From: a virus
DNA length: 64,000 nt
IMG/VR virus record: IMGVR_UViG_3300009512_000010
Location: 32,001 to 96,000 of that record
Direction: 5' to 3' (one strand)
Shown: piece by piece, positions 7,838 to 17,020 of the stretch
Layout: each line of letters starts with the position of its first letter
How positions within the stretch are numbered: the first letter of the stretch is position 1
The notes under the pieces: model-generated
What the model was told of the DNA's origin: nothing
The model's input: the letters and a program-made list of their open reading frames with translations, nothing else
Databases searched by the model: none
Made by a program: the position numbers and the translations under genes

Positions 7838-8529
7838 AGTGTAGTCGTACTCCTAGTACGTTGTATCGTGGTATAATACTTCTTAGTCACACCGATATTC
7901 TTAATAATCTGTCTGCACATTATAGCATCATTAGGCCATAGGCCATACTGATAACATGCTCTCAACAGATCATCTGCCCCATCTGGTGTTAGTATATATG
8001 CACTGTTTCCAGCGATACCTTGAGGCACACCCCAACCATCTATATGAGGAACTGGTTGCACCACTTCTTTTCTATTCTGTATTACATCATGAAACTGTTG
8101 CGATTTGCGTGTTGCTCCTAGTGGAGAATTAACACCTATGATATTATACCCTTTGTTTAGGTAATTGTCAACATTAAGATTGGTGGTAAATATCGCATCG
8201 TGTTCGAATATCAACATAGGTGCTTTGTTTCTAGAACATCTGTCCCACAACCTAAAGTGGCTCATAGAGCATGCTACACGTGCATGTCTATTGGCTGTCT
8301 GATATGCCACCTTCCTCAGTCCAGAAGCCATATCGTGGATCTCTCCATCCCAAGGCCAATTCCACTGAAGCTTGTATGCCTTAACCCACTCTTCAACATC
8401 GTCTGGCGTAGTGGCCTCGAAGGTCTTTATCTTAAATTTGTTATCAAACTTAGCAGAGGATGCAATGCAATTTGCGGCGGCAGTTTCGCTTACTTCGTTA
8501 CCCTTAATGGTTATAACGTGTGCTTCCAT
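7834..8529 (-). CDS. glycosyltransferase family 25
   Basis: ACSMSHFRLW...LIFEHDA...GNSAY; paralog of the neighbouring gene. Confidence 0.85.
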   Translation of the reverse strand: MEAHVITIKGNEVSETAAANCIASSAKFDNKFKIKTFEATTPDDVEEWVKAYKLQWNWPWDGEIHDMASGLRKVAYQTANRHARVACSMSHFRLWDRCSRNKAPMLIFEHDAIFTTNLNVDNYLNKGYNIIGVNSPLGATRKSQQFHDVIQNRKEVVQPVPHIDGWGVPQGIAGNSAYILTPDGADDLLRACYQYGLWPNDAIMCRQIIKNIGVTKKYYTTIQRTRSTTTL

Positions 8530-9209
8530 TATAAAATACCTTTATCAACCAATGCCTGATAGTTCTTGATCTTCTCTTGCTTCGGTCCTGATGGTGTAAT
8601 CTTTGTACGTACATGGATCATACCAGCGTATTGTGGATACTCTAGGTAGTTGTCATAGCACCACTTTGGATGTAGGAACTGATCGTCGGAGATCTTAACA
8701 CCTGTTTTGAAAGCAAGTGTGTGAAAGATACCCTCGTCTTCCCATTGATACGGTTTATTGTATGCGTTCATCCAACTCTCATTACCACCAAGTCCACCAC
8801 GTAGTTTCTGTCGCAATGCTCTATCCATCTTGTAGATAGCACCACCCCAATAAGGAGCATTCATGGATCCTTGGAATGAGTTTTGTCTTACAAGCTTAGT
8901 GTGTAGATTCTGTTGAATAGGGTTGTATAGACCAACCCCCACTTCGTCAAAGATGTCCTTATCCATATTCTTTGGAACAAACATATCAATGTCTACCATC
9001 AGGACGTTGTCATAATCGTCATACTCTTCGTCTATCATGTAAACTTTTTGACAAGGTGCTGTTAGATGATCACGGAATGGCATGCCCAAGACAAGCGAAT
9101 AGTCCGCACCCACCTGTACTGCATACTCTTGAATGTTCTTTTGACTTTTCTTGTCAAGTTCTCCCATGTTGTCAAACTTGTCGAAGTGTTGTAGGATTAT
9201 ATTACGCAT
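8529..9209 (-). CDS. GT-A fold glycosyltransferase
   Basis: YDNVLMVDID (DxD), DEG motif, C-terminal His. Confidence 0.7.
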   Translation of the reverse strand: MRNIILQHFDKFDNMGELDKKSQKNIQEYAVQVGADYSLVLGMPFRDHLTAPCQKVYMIDEEYDDYDNVLMVDIDMFVPKNMDKDIFDEVGVGLYNPIQQNLHTKLVRQNSFQGSMNAPYWGGAIYKMDRALRQKLRGGLGGNESWMNAYNKPYQWEDEGIFHTLAFKTGVKISDDQFLHPKWCYDNYLEYPQYAGMIHVRTKITPSGPKQEKIKNYQALVDKGIL

Positions 9210-9771
9210 CTCGTTTTAGCACCGTAAAGCCTACATTAACTATGCCACGTTCAATGATATTCCATTGACTATTGTTATTACAGAAACGCTCTAGGCAAGC
9301 TTGGAGTTCTGGTACTGAGTTGGTGTCATGTGCTACGATATACTTCTTAGCAAGTCCAGAGTGTAGATCCAACTCTTTCGTCATATGATAAGCTTTGTGG
9401 ATACTATCGATCAACAACATATCTACCTGTTGACCTACTGCACCTAGACCAGAACTATCAACTTCTTTCATAACAAGTTTAATGCCGTTCTCTCGTGCAT
9501 AGTGTTCCGCATGGGGTTGACAGAATTTGCGATAGCGGCTCATGTCGATATCCACACCTTCTACATAATCAAATCCACTTAGAAGTGCATTGGCTAGTGT
9601 GCCGCCTTGGTGCGTACCCAACTCACGATAGGAAGAACATTCAGATGCATAGAACTTGATTGCATCATGTTGACCACAATAATCATCACCATGCGCACCT
9701 TCTTGACCGCTACGGATCTCATCATAAAATTCTACCAAGTTCTTTACGTGGCCTAGTTCAACGTTAATCAT
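9202..9771 (-). CDS. class I SAM-dependent methyltransferase (Methyltransf_24-like)
   Basis: ELGTHQGGT motif I, DMLLIDSIH, IVAHD. Confidence 0.75.
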   Translation of the reverse strand: MINVELGHVKNLVEFYDEIRSGQEGAHGDDYCGQHDAIKFYASECSSYRELGTHQGGTLANALLSGFDYVEGVDIDMSRYRKFCQPHAEHYARENGIKLVMKEVDSSGLGAVGQQVDMLLIDSIHKAYHMTKELDLHSGLAKKYIVAHDTNSVPELQACLERFCNNNSQWNIIERGIVNVGFTVLKRDA

Positions 9772-9808
9772 ATTAATTCCTCTTCAAAGTATTCGATGTT
9801 ATCTATAC

Positions 9809-10597
9809 TCATAGGTTCCACCCCTCAACAGGTTTGTTAGCAATATCTTTCATAGTCCACAGGGTAAAATCGCCTTTACCTCGTATCTGTACATGTACAA
9901 ACTTAGTATCTTTTGTTCTTAAATCATTGATAGGTCTCGGATCCTGTGTCTCTGGAACGTAGTTCACTGAGCTATTCCAAGTATAGTCTAGCAACCCCCA
10001 ATTAACACCACACATCATTACATTCAAATAGTTCTGATCAAGTGTATAAAATCTAGGAAATCTACTAGCTCCATTTATGTAATTAGTAACCGATAACTCA
10101 AAGTTACCGACAAGAGTACGAAACTTCTTTCGTCCTTCTTTAGAATATAGCACGACACCAGAATTAAATACTCTTACTCTACCGTCTTCGGTTCTAGGTA
10201 CAGATGCGCCATATGTGCGTTTAGCCCATTCTGCCCACTCATTATCTCGTGCACCAGTAATACCACCAACATTGTATTTGGCTCTTGCTTCTGGTTGGTT
10301 CCATTCTTCGGCAATCAATACATCACGATCATTCATCTCATCAAAGATATTATCGGTAAGCCCATCAATAGGAATGATATCGCAATCTGCAAATAGGATG
10401 TTGTCATACTTATCAAACTCAGGATCAATCACTGGACGAAATGCGCCATAGTATGGATTGCTCTTAATCCACCCCTGATTATCATCAAAGATATATTCAG
10501 CACCAATTCTTTCAGCATAATCTTTCATAAGAAGAACACCAGCCGCCACACCAGTGGTTACCTTACCCTCATAGTACTGATATATTAGATTAGACAA
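9809..10597 (-). CDS. GT-A (GT8-like) glycosyltransferase
   Basis: ILFADCD, FNSGVV, DQNYLN. Confidence 0.8.
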   Translation of the reverse strand: MSNLIYQYYEGKVTTGVAAGVLLMKDYAERIGAEYIFDDNQGWIKSNPYYGAFRPVIDPEFDKYDNILFADCDIIPIDGLTDNIFDEMNDRDVLIAEEWNQPEARAKYNVGGITGARDNEWAEWAKRTYGASVPRTEDGRVRVFNSGVVLYSKEGRKKFRTLVGNFELSVTNYINGASRFPRFYTLDQNYLNVMMCGVNWGLLDYTWNSSVNYVPETQDPRPINDLRTKDTKFVHVQIRGKGDFTLWTMKDIANKPVEGWNL

Positions 10598-11375
10598 TTT
10601 TCTTCAACTCCTCTACGTTCTCGCCCCTATCAGGTAGTTTATCTTTAAGGAAGAAGTGAATGAAGTGTGCGTCTTTCAGAAGTTCATTAGGAATAGCAGT
10701 GTACAATGCATTAAACTTATAGTCTAAATGCTTTACCTTCATACCAGTCATATTAATGAATGTGTTAAGTAACGTCTGATCCGTAGACCATTTCCATGTG
10801 CCCTTACCATCAACGAATGCTTTAAACATAGGTTGGGTGATCCACTCTTTGGGTGACATACCATTTAATTGTTTTGAGAACGATTTATTCATAACCATCA
10901 TACCCATGTTCATAAACGCACCACCATTAGGATGATTGAAGTCGAAGTCCATACCAGACTGACCGTCAAGAGAACCATACTGCATTCTAGAATAGTTACG
11001 GATCTTATTAGCGTATTGGGGAGTTACAGGCATCTCACGTTCATAGACACCACCAAAGTCATGATCATCTAACTCGTCAAACACATTAGGGGAGTTCTCA
11101 CGAATGTAGATGTCACTGTCGATGATAGCGATCTGATCATACTCAGGGAAATACTCAAAGGCATTCTCTTTCTCAAAGATAGGTAGATACCCCAAACGAG
11201 AAGCACCCTCACTACGATTGGTAGTAAAGGGATCTGGTTTGATAAACAGTTTAGGTGATGTCAGTAGAACATAATCGGCGTTAATGCTATCGGCATATGC
11301 CTTTACACTCTCGGTACACCAATTGTATAGGTTGGACGATTGCCCAACATAGACTTGATAGATCAATCTTTTCAT
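10590..11375 (-). CDS. GT-A (GT8-like) glycosyltransferase
   Basis: IAIIDSD, NMGMM, DQTLLN, HFF. Confidence 0.8.
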   Translation of the reverse strand: MKRLIYQVYVGQSSNLYNWCTESVKAYADSINADYVLLTSPKLFIKPDPFTTNRSEGASRLGYLPIFEKENAFEYFPEYDQIAIIDSDIYIRENSPNVFDELDDHDFGGVYEREMPVTPQYANKIRNYSRMQYGSLDGQSGMDFDFNHPNGGAFMNMGMMVMNKSFSKQLNGMSPKEWITQPMFKAFVDGKGTWKWSTDQTLLNTFINMTGMKVKHLDYKFNALYTAIPNELLKDAHFIHFFLKDKLPDRGENVEELKKIV

Positions 11376-11389
11376 AACAAACTTTCATA

Positions 11390-11758
11390 TTACTTCTTAG
11401 CGGCATTAGACTTGATAGCGGCGGCACCAAAGAATGCCGCAATTATTCCTGCAACTGCAATGAAGTACACACCAGCCATATCACCAAGGATCTTGGCGGC
11501 ACTGTCTACTCCAAACACAACTGCTAGGATAACCGCAAATGGATAGCCTAACATTCCCACGAGACAGAACCATGCCATGGCTCTTTGGGCGTCTTCCTTC
11601 TTGTCTTCATTCTCAAGACGGATTAGACGCTCTTGTCGTGCTATTTCTGCATCAGTAATGATACCGTCATTATTAGTATCAGCACTATTAAGATCTGAGT
11701 CGACACACAGCACCTTCGGGGTTACGCCGAACGAATTCGGCTTTTCTTCTATTGCCAT
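11390..11758 (-). CDS. EF-hand-containing two-TM membrane protein
   Basis: Canonical EF-hand loop DTNNDGIITDAE plus two hydrophobic helices; AGGAG RBS. Confidence 0.7.
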   Translation of the reverse strand: MAIEEKPNSFGVTPKVLCVDSDLNSADTNNDGIITDAEIARQERLIRLENEDKKEDAQRAMAWFCLVGMLGYPFAVILAVVFGVDSAAKILGDMAGVYFIAVAGIIAAFFGAAAIKSNAAKK

Positions 11759-11924
11759 TGGCTTCTCCTATAATAGCTTTAGCAATATCACAGGCTCTCG
11801 TCTTACGAGTACACTGCTTTACAAAAGCTGTTAAACTATCTATATCACTTTTAAATGACTTTTTGTTCTTAAACATAATATCGTCAAATTCTGAGCGTAG
11901 GTTCAAGATGGAGAATATGTTCAT
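11688..11924 (-). CDS. hypothetical protein
   Basis: Short co-oriented ORF filling the gap; probable start MNIF. Confidence 0.55.
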   Translation of the reverse strand: MNIFSILNLRSEFDDIMFKNKKSFKSDIDSLTAFVKQCTRKTRACDIAKAIIGEANGNRRKAEFVRRNPEGAVCRLRS

Positions 11925-12020
11925 TTTCGTAGCTTCCAATCAGTCCAGTTGTTGATAGAATAAAATTTAGAGAAGACAAACGAGTAGTTCATCTTCCCAT
12001 TACGCTTACGTTCCCACTGT

Positions 12021-12707
12021 TTAGCTGAGTGGGTTTTTAGCTTTATCCGCCCAATAGAGATCAACCGTTTCAAGTAACTTGGGAACCCAAGTGTCACGGT
12101 GCTCTTTATATACAACAGGTTCATGTCCATCTACATCCATTATTGTTACAAGGTTTGTAATGGGCATTCCTGTACGCTCTTCCCACATAATAGCATATGC
12201 GGCTTCCTGTGCAAAGTAGCTTGTTACCCATTCACGTTTCTTAGGTCTTTTACTTGTTTTGAAATCAATTATACTAGGTACTCCGTCAAAGTATCCAATA
12301 CAGTCAACTCGTCCTGCCACACCAAGGTGTTTAGAATAGAGTGGAGCTTCTTGAATAAAGATGTCGCCAATACGCTCATCTAAGATGGGCATAAGGTTCA
12401 TCCAACTTTGTATCACATCATGTGTATATTTAGTAGGATCGATAGTTTCATTATCTAGGTACTTCTCCACAATATCGTGCACTGCCGTGCCTCGTGTGGA
12501 AGCCCGATGGGAAACCTTATTGGCTTCCTCATCTCCTACTTTTCTTCGCCATGCGGCAATGGAGTCTCGACTGAGGATTGATAAGACAGTGGTGATACTA
12601 GGATATCGATTACCTTCTGGATCGATATACGTTCTACCAGTTGACTTGGTTTCTGCCAATAGGTCTTCATACCCTAAGTCCAATGGTGTGTGGTTGAACT
12701 TTCTCAT
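12021..12707 (-). CDS. PD-(D/E)XK exonuclease (Cas4/RecB-like, T4-like marine phage type)
   Basis: YPSITTVL, RGTAVH, AGRVDCI, IIDFKTS, QxxAY. Confidence 0.85.
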   Translation of the reverse strand: MRKFNHTPLDLGYEDLLAETKSTGRTYIDPEGNRYPSITTVLSILSRDSIAAWRRKVGDEEANKVSHRASTRGTAVHDIVEKYLDNETIDPTKYTHDVIQSWMNLMPILDERIGDIFIQEAPLYSKHLGVAGRVDCIGYFDGVPSIIDFKTSKRPKKREWVTSYFAQEAAYAIMWEERTGMPITNLVTIMDVDGHEPVVYKEHRDTWVPKLLETVDLYWADKAKNPLS

Positions 12708-12824
12708 TCTCTAAATCCTTCACTTTCTTTTCAGTGGGCTTAATTCGAAGGTCTTTCTCTAAAGCCTTAACCTTGTTTCGTCCCATTTTCTTATTTCTTG
12801 GATCATATCTGGCGAATTTAGCCA

Positions 12825-13520
12825 TTACCTTACTCCGTTCATCTCCTTGGTCATAATATAATCTCGTACAATCCCTGATCGTACAATGTCTTTCCAGTCA
12901 AAGTTTACAGTCGTGAAGTCTTTCATCTGCTCCAATAGGTTTAAGAAAGGGGGCAGTCCATTCTTCTCGTCCTCAAAGCGGAAATCCGACTGATGAAAGT
13001 CTCCGCAAAAGATAATCTTACAGTTGTTGCCGATACGAGTGATAACTGAATCTAGCTCGTGAAAGGTCAAGTTCTGCATTTCGTCAACGACAATGATTGT
13101 GTCGTTTAGTGTGATACCACGAATAAAAGACGTACTCTCAAAAGAAACACTGTTAGACGCTTGTAACTTCATCCATGCTTGGTTGTCTTGAAACAACTCA
13201 GTCAGGATCCCCAAATAGGGTGCGGCATAGGCTTGCTTCTTTTCGTCTTCATTTCCTGGTAGGAACCCAATGTCCCTTGTAGGAACAATAGATCTGATTA
13301 CCGTTAGTTTATCATATTCTGTCTCTTTGTCAAGCACTTCTTCAAGACCTAAAGAAATTGCTAGGAACGTTTTACCTGTACCAGCAGATCCAGACAGGAC
13401 AAGGTTATCGCCCTCTTCCCATGCTTCACACGCCAGTGCTTGGTTTTCGGTAATCGGTTCAAATTCAGCCATATTATCTAAACGTAGGATCATGCTCTTA
13501 GTCGTTTGTTTACGGCTCAT
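12825..13520 (-). CDS. phoH: PhoH-family ATPase
   Basis: GSAGTGKT, IGFLPG, FIRG, DEMQN, GDFHQSD. Confidence 0.93.
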   Translation of the reverse strand: MSRKQTTKSMILRLDNMAEFEPITENQALACEAWEEGDNLVLSGSAGTGKTFLAISLGLEEVLDKETEYDKLTVIRSIVPTRDIGFLPGNEDEKKQAYAAPYLGILTELFQDNQAWMKLQASNSVSFESTSFIRGITLNDTIIVVDEMQNLTFHELDSVITRIGNNCKIIFCGDFHQSDFRFEDEKNGLPPFLNLLEQMKDFTTVNFDWKDIVRSGIVRDYIMTKEMNGVR

Positions 13521-13750
13521 ATTTTCATTTTGCTTTCTCGACCTGCGTGTTTGTGCATTGATTTAGTCAAGTCTTTCCACCCATCAGAGGTCTTGGCAAT
13601 AGAACCACCAACTGAAGATAGGATCTTGGGTGTAGATAAAACTTGGGTGTAGAGGGGGTTTTCAGATAGATACTCTGTAAGCTGAGACCAAGACATTACT
13701 GTGTCCCACTCTTCATCACTACTGGTATCTCGTATTGTATATACTGGCAT
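13517..13750 (-). CDS. small FmdB-like conserved phage protein
   Basis: MPVY start, DGWKD motif, located before phoH. Confidence 0.6.
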   Translation of the reverse strand: MPVYTIRDTSSDEEWDTVMSWSQLTEYLSENPLYTQVLSTPKILSSVGGSIAKTSDGWKDLTKSMHKHAGRESKMKI

Positions 13751-13777
13751 GCTATGCTTCCATTATGTGTTACGCTT

Positions 13778-14347
13778 TTATATAGCTACGTTATATCGGA
13801 ACCAATCGGGTACGACAGAGTTAGTCCAGACCATAGAGAAACGCTCTTGCTTGGTTTGATAGAACTTACGGTATGATCCAATAGGATCTGACTTGTCAAT
13901 ACACTCTGGTGATGCACCCATAGCAAGTTCAAACGGTGTTACAATATTGCTATAGCATGTCATAGTAGGAGCACGTTTGAGCAAATCACGTAACTTAGTA
14001 TCAGTCATATGCACTTTACCATAACGTTTTGTATACTCGTCACATAGCGCAATGAAGTGTTTATAATGCCAATTGTAATTGGAGTTAGTTTTCATAGTCC
14101 ATACAGTACAGGGATGGCCTGTGTGTACAGCCTTATATAACGCTTGCTCCATGACAGGGTTTTTGAGTTCCCAATACTTTGACATAGTCTTGCCTGATTG
14201 TGATGGACGTTTGGTTAACTTACCGTCTAACATACGGTGTGCAGTCGATAGCATCTGACCACTCTCTAGGATCATCTTGACTACATGTTTGTCGCACTGC
14301 ATTTGTGCTGATTTGATTGGGCACTTATCTAATATAAAGATATTCAT
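13778..14347 (-). CDS. pyrimidine-dimer DNA glycosylase / endonuclease V-like protein
   Basis: MNIFxLD...DKHVVKMILE.QMLST...HPCTVW...EY..RYGKVH. Confidence 0.75.
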   Translation of the reverse strand: MNIFILDKCPIKSAQMQCDKHVVKMILESGQMLSTAHRMLDGKLTKRPSQSGKTMSKYWELKNPVMEQALYKAVHTGHPCTVWTMKTNSNYNWHYKHFIALCDEYTKRYGKVHMTDTKLRDLLKRAPTMTCYSNIVTPFELAMGASPECIDKSDPIGSYRKFYQTKQERFSMVWTNSVVPDWFRYNVAI

Positions 14348-14381
14348 GGTACTCTCCACCTTTGCTTAACAATGTTACTTT

Positions 14382-14418
14382 ATTATACACACGTTAGGCA
14401 AAGGTGTCAAGTGATTCG
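14382..14418 (-). promoter_or_regulatory. consensus sigma70 promoter with GANTC motif just upstream of -35
   Basis: TTGACA-17-TATAAT; CGAATCA at 14412-14418. Confidence 0.8.
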
Positions 14419-14423
14419 TTTTC

Positions 14424-14597
14424 CTAATTAAACTTAGCGTGTTCCGATACTACATCTGCGATATGTTGATCGATGAACTCTTTCTTTAACATGATTTTAT
14501 GAACTAGATCGGTTCTACCCTTCTTCTCTAGTTTTTTTCCATATGTTGTAAGCTCACGACTGTCTCTTTTGAGACGTTCAATTTGTGCTGATATCAT
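14424..14597 (-). CDS. small hypothetical protein (57 aa)
   Basis: Manual translation MISAQIERLKRDSREL...; AAGGA RBS. Confidence 0.6.
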   Translation of the reverse strand: MISAQIERLKRDSRELTTYGKKLEKKGRTDLVHKIMLKKEFIDQHIADVVSEHAKFN

Positions 14598-14619
14598 ATT
14601 AGTAAGTTTTCCTTAAAGT

Positions 14620-14652
14620 AAAAAAGGTCAACCCACAAGTGAGACGACCTTT
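14620..14652 (-). terminator. probable intrinsic terminator
   Basis: AAAGGTC...GACCTTT stem followed by a U-tract on the minus strand. Confidence 0.55.
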
Positions 14653-14679
14653 GTTATAGTTGTTATGGATGGATATTCA

Positions 14680-15105
14680 TTAGCCAGATGCATCCCTGAG
14701 TAGACCAGGAAATGCTTCGTAAACTACCTTGCGGGTCAAACCTTTTACTGCACGTTTTTGGTTAACCATATTGATCACGTGTTTGGCGTCCTCTGGATGA
14801 ATTGACTCCAGAATTTCTACAAACAAGTTCTCTCTACGGATAGGGGGCATGTTGTCCCCAGGACCACCTTTAATGAAGTTAACAAACTTCTTGTGCTGTC
14901 GGTGAAGGTTGGATGGTTCGGAACCATTTTTGTTGGGCGTATATGGTGGTGCGCCCACAGGCAAATTCCACACAATAGTGCTGTCCATAGTTCCTCGAAT
15001 GATGTCCTTTAAAGGCCAAGATTCGTTCTTCTTAAGGATCTCGACACGATCCTCTTTAGTTGATGCTTTGACTAGGTCTTCAAGCACCTCATATACTAGT
15101 GTCAT
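14680..15105 (-). CDS. conserved T4-like hypothetical protein
   Basis: WxLPxGAPPY...RRENLFVEILESIHPEDA; follows rnh. Confidence 0.7.
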   Translation of the reverse strand: MTLVYEVLEDLVKASTKEDRVEILKKNESWPLKDIIRGTMDSTIVWNLPVGAPPYTPNKNGSEPSNLHRQHKKFVNFIKGGPGDNMPPIRRENLFVEILESIHPEDAKHVINMVNQKRAVKGLTRKVVYEAFPGLLRDASG

Positions 15106-15950
15106 TAAATAAACTCTCCTACACTTTCAATTAATAATCTACATCTGTTAGTCAAGAGATAGTTAAGAACCTTGGTGTTATTTGCCGTAGGATCTTGGCT
15201 ATCGTAGTTATTTATAATATCTTGTTTGACAACTTCTGGACATTCCTTCAAGTCGATCAACTTTCTGTTACGATGTATATTACGAAGCACTTCATCTCCC
15301 AATGCAGATGGATCTTCCATGAGCATTGCCTTCTTCTTGGCAGTCAGCGTATTCTGCCTACGCTCATCTACAAAGACATTATCATCAGACAGTACGTTAG
15401 GCACACCATCAGACGAGTCTCCCTTGAGGATGTGATCAGCTAGGAATAGTCGTGGATTTGGCTCCACTAGGAACTTTTTAGTAACCGTCGAATACTGCTT
15501 AACGTTCTTCATCGTCTGCAACTGCAAAAAGTCTTTATCTCCTGAGACGATCATGACAGGCTCGTGCTTGCCAAACTCTTGAGTTTCGTAACACAACTGA
15601 GCAATCGCATCATCGGCTTCACAGCCCTCTTGATGTATGACCTTGTATGGAAAGTTGTCACGAATGTCATCACGAACAAGATCTGAACAACGGTACACTT
15701 CATTCCAATCAACCTTGCTCTCATTACGAGTTTTCTTACGCTTGGCCTTATATTGTGGAAAGATCTCTCTACGAAAGTTATTCGTACCATTATCAGCAAC
15801 AACACAGATTTCTCCATATTCTCGCTGAAACCTTCCACGATATATGCGGATTTGGTTAAGGATCATGTGCCGCATCGAATCCTCATCAGGCAACATCTTT
15901 GAGGCTAGAAACGTACTAATCGCAACAGCATTATAATCAATTAATATCAT
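15105..15950 (-). CDS. rnh: T4-type RNase H (5'-3' exonuclease)
   Basis: MILID, YKAKR, EADDAI, SGDKDFLQL, GDSSDGVPN. Confidence 0.93.
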   Translation of the reverse strand: MILIDYNAVAISTFLASKMLPDEDSMRHMILNQIRIYRGRFQREYGEICVVADNGTNNFRREIFPQYKAKRKKTRNESKVDWNEVYRCSDLVRDDIRDNFPYKVIHQEGCEADDAIAQLCYETQEFGKHEPVMIVSGDKDFLQLQTMKNVKQYSTVTKKFLVEPNPRLFLADHILKGDSSDGVPNVLSDDNVFVDERRQNTLTAKKKAMLMEDPSALGDEVLRNIHRNRKLIDLKECPEVVKQDIINNYDSQDPTANNTKVLNYLLTNRCRLLIESVGEFI

Positions 15951-16126
15951 ATGAACTCTTCCATTCCCACATCACGGTGATCAATAACGAAACTCTCTAA
16001 CAGATTCGTACTGTTAGCTTCAGTAACCCAAGTCATAGCTTGCTTATCTGTATAGAAGTAAGCTTCCTTGGTAACGTCATTATATAGCTTATACTTAGCC
16101 ACAAACATTTTTTGTTTTAGTCCCAT
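15947..16126 (-). CDS. small hypothetical early protein (59 aa)
   Basis: Manual translation; AGGAG RBS and TTGACA-17-TATATT promoter (16156-16184). Confidence 0.6.
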   Translation of the reverse strand: MGLKQKMFVAKYKLYNDVTKEAYFYTDKQAMTWVTEANSTNLLESFVIDHRDVGMEEFI

Positions 16127-16186
16127 TCGAATCGCTCCTATTTGTTATCATAACTAATATAGCATGTAGCAAATGGGGTGTCAAGA

Positions 16187-16417
16187 CTAATCGTAACCTA
16201 GACGTGCCACCTTAGAGATCTCTTTGGCCTCTTCTTCTAGTCTATCAGACCAAGCAAGCTCAAAGCCTATGAGCCTATAACAGTATTCGTGGTTCCCCCA
16301 CATGCGTTTAAGGTAACTGTCATAGATCTTTTTGATCTCATCTAAGTCATTTCCCTTGGGGATCAGGTGACCCTTGACCGCCCAATGTAGTTCATTGGCG
16401 AATTTAACGTCCACCAT
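16187..16417 (-). CDS. hypothetical protein
   Basis: 76 aa ORF overlapping the upstream gene. Confidence 0.65.
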   Translation of the reverse strand: MVDVKFANELHWAVKGHLIPKGNDLDEIKKIYDSYLKRMWGNHEYCYRLIGFELAWSDRLEEEAKEISKVARLGYD

Positions 16418-16844
16418 TGATCATTTCCGGGGCTAAATGAGAAACGTGCTTTGAATGGCACTTTAACCCTATGAATTCATTGTAATAATTAGGGTCAAAA
16501 AGTACGTTTTTCTCGAATTGTTCTTTAGCTTCCATATAAGACATTTCCCCCTTACTGACACACAAACGCACGATAGAACGTCTAAAACGATCTCCACTAT
16601 GTTCGGTCAGTATTTGTTTGATTGCTTCGTTGGATCCATAGTAATCCATCCAGTCGGATTCTTTTACTATCACACGTTTACGGCTCTTTCCCTTAAGTGG
16701 TGGCAACCGTCTAGTAGACCAAAAGTTCTTCTTTCCGATATACTTCATACCGTTAGCGGTATCAAGGATCTCATACACAAAACCCACCCACGATGATAAC
16801 TCATCAGGGGTGGGCTTAAATTCTTTATCTTCTAATAACCACAT
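16404..16844 (-). CDS. GIY-YIG-like nuclease domain protein
   Basis: GFVYEI...KYIGKK...YYGS...E...YYN. Confidence 0.7.
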   Translation of the reverse strand: MWLLEDKEFKPTPDELSSWVGFVYEILDTANGMKYIGKKNFWSTRRLPPLKGKSRKRVIVKESDWMDYYGSNEAIKQILTEHSGDRFRRSIVRLCVSKGEMSYMEAKEQFEKNVLFDPNYYNEFIGLKCHSKHVSHLAPEMINGGR

Positions 16845-16870
16845 AATTCACCTTTTCATTACGGTGTTAT

Positions 16871-17020
16871 TTAGTCATCTTCTAACTCTTCATATCCTTC
16901 TTCTTCCATAATGATTGGATAGCCACACATAGGACAGTGGCAAGGAACTTCTCCTGAGATTACTTCTATCAAAGTTTCCTCTTCACAGATCGTACATTCG
17001 TGTTTGATTGGTTTCGCCAT
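16871..17020 (-). CDS. small CxxC/CPxCG zinc-ribbon (rubredoxin-like) protein
   Basis: MAKPIKHECTICEE...CHCPMCG; abuts the nrdA stop. Confidence 0.65.
   Translation of the reverse strand: MAKPIKHECTICEEETLIEVISGEVPCHCPMCGYPIIMEEEGYEELEDD

Noticed and set aside
12021-12707. Cas4 of a CRISPR system
   Set aside because: No Fe-S cysteine set, no other cas genes and no array; it matches the stand-alone exonuclease beside phoH in T4-like phages
16404-16844. GIY-YIG homing endonuclease
   Set aside because: It has only the catalytic-like domain with no DNA-binding tail, and resembles a conserved core gene of T4-like phages rather than a mobile element
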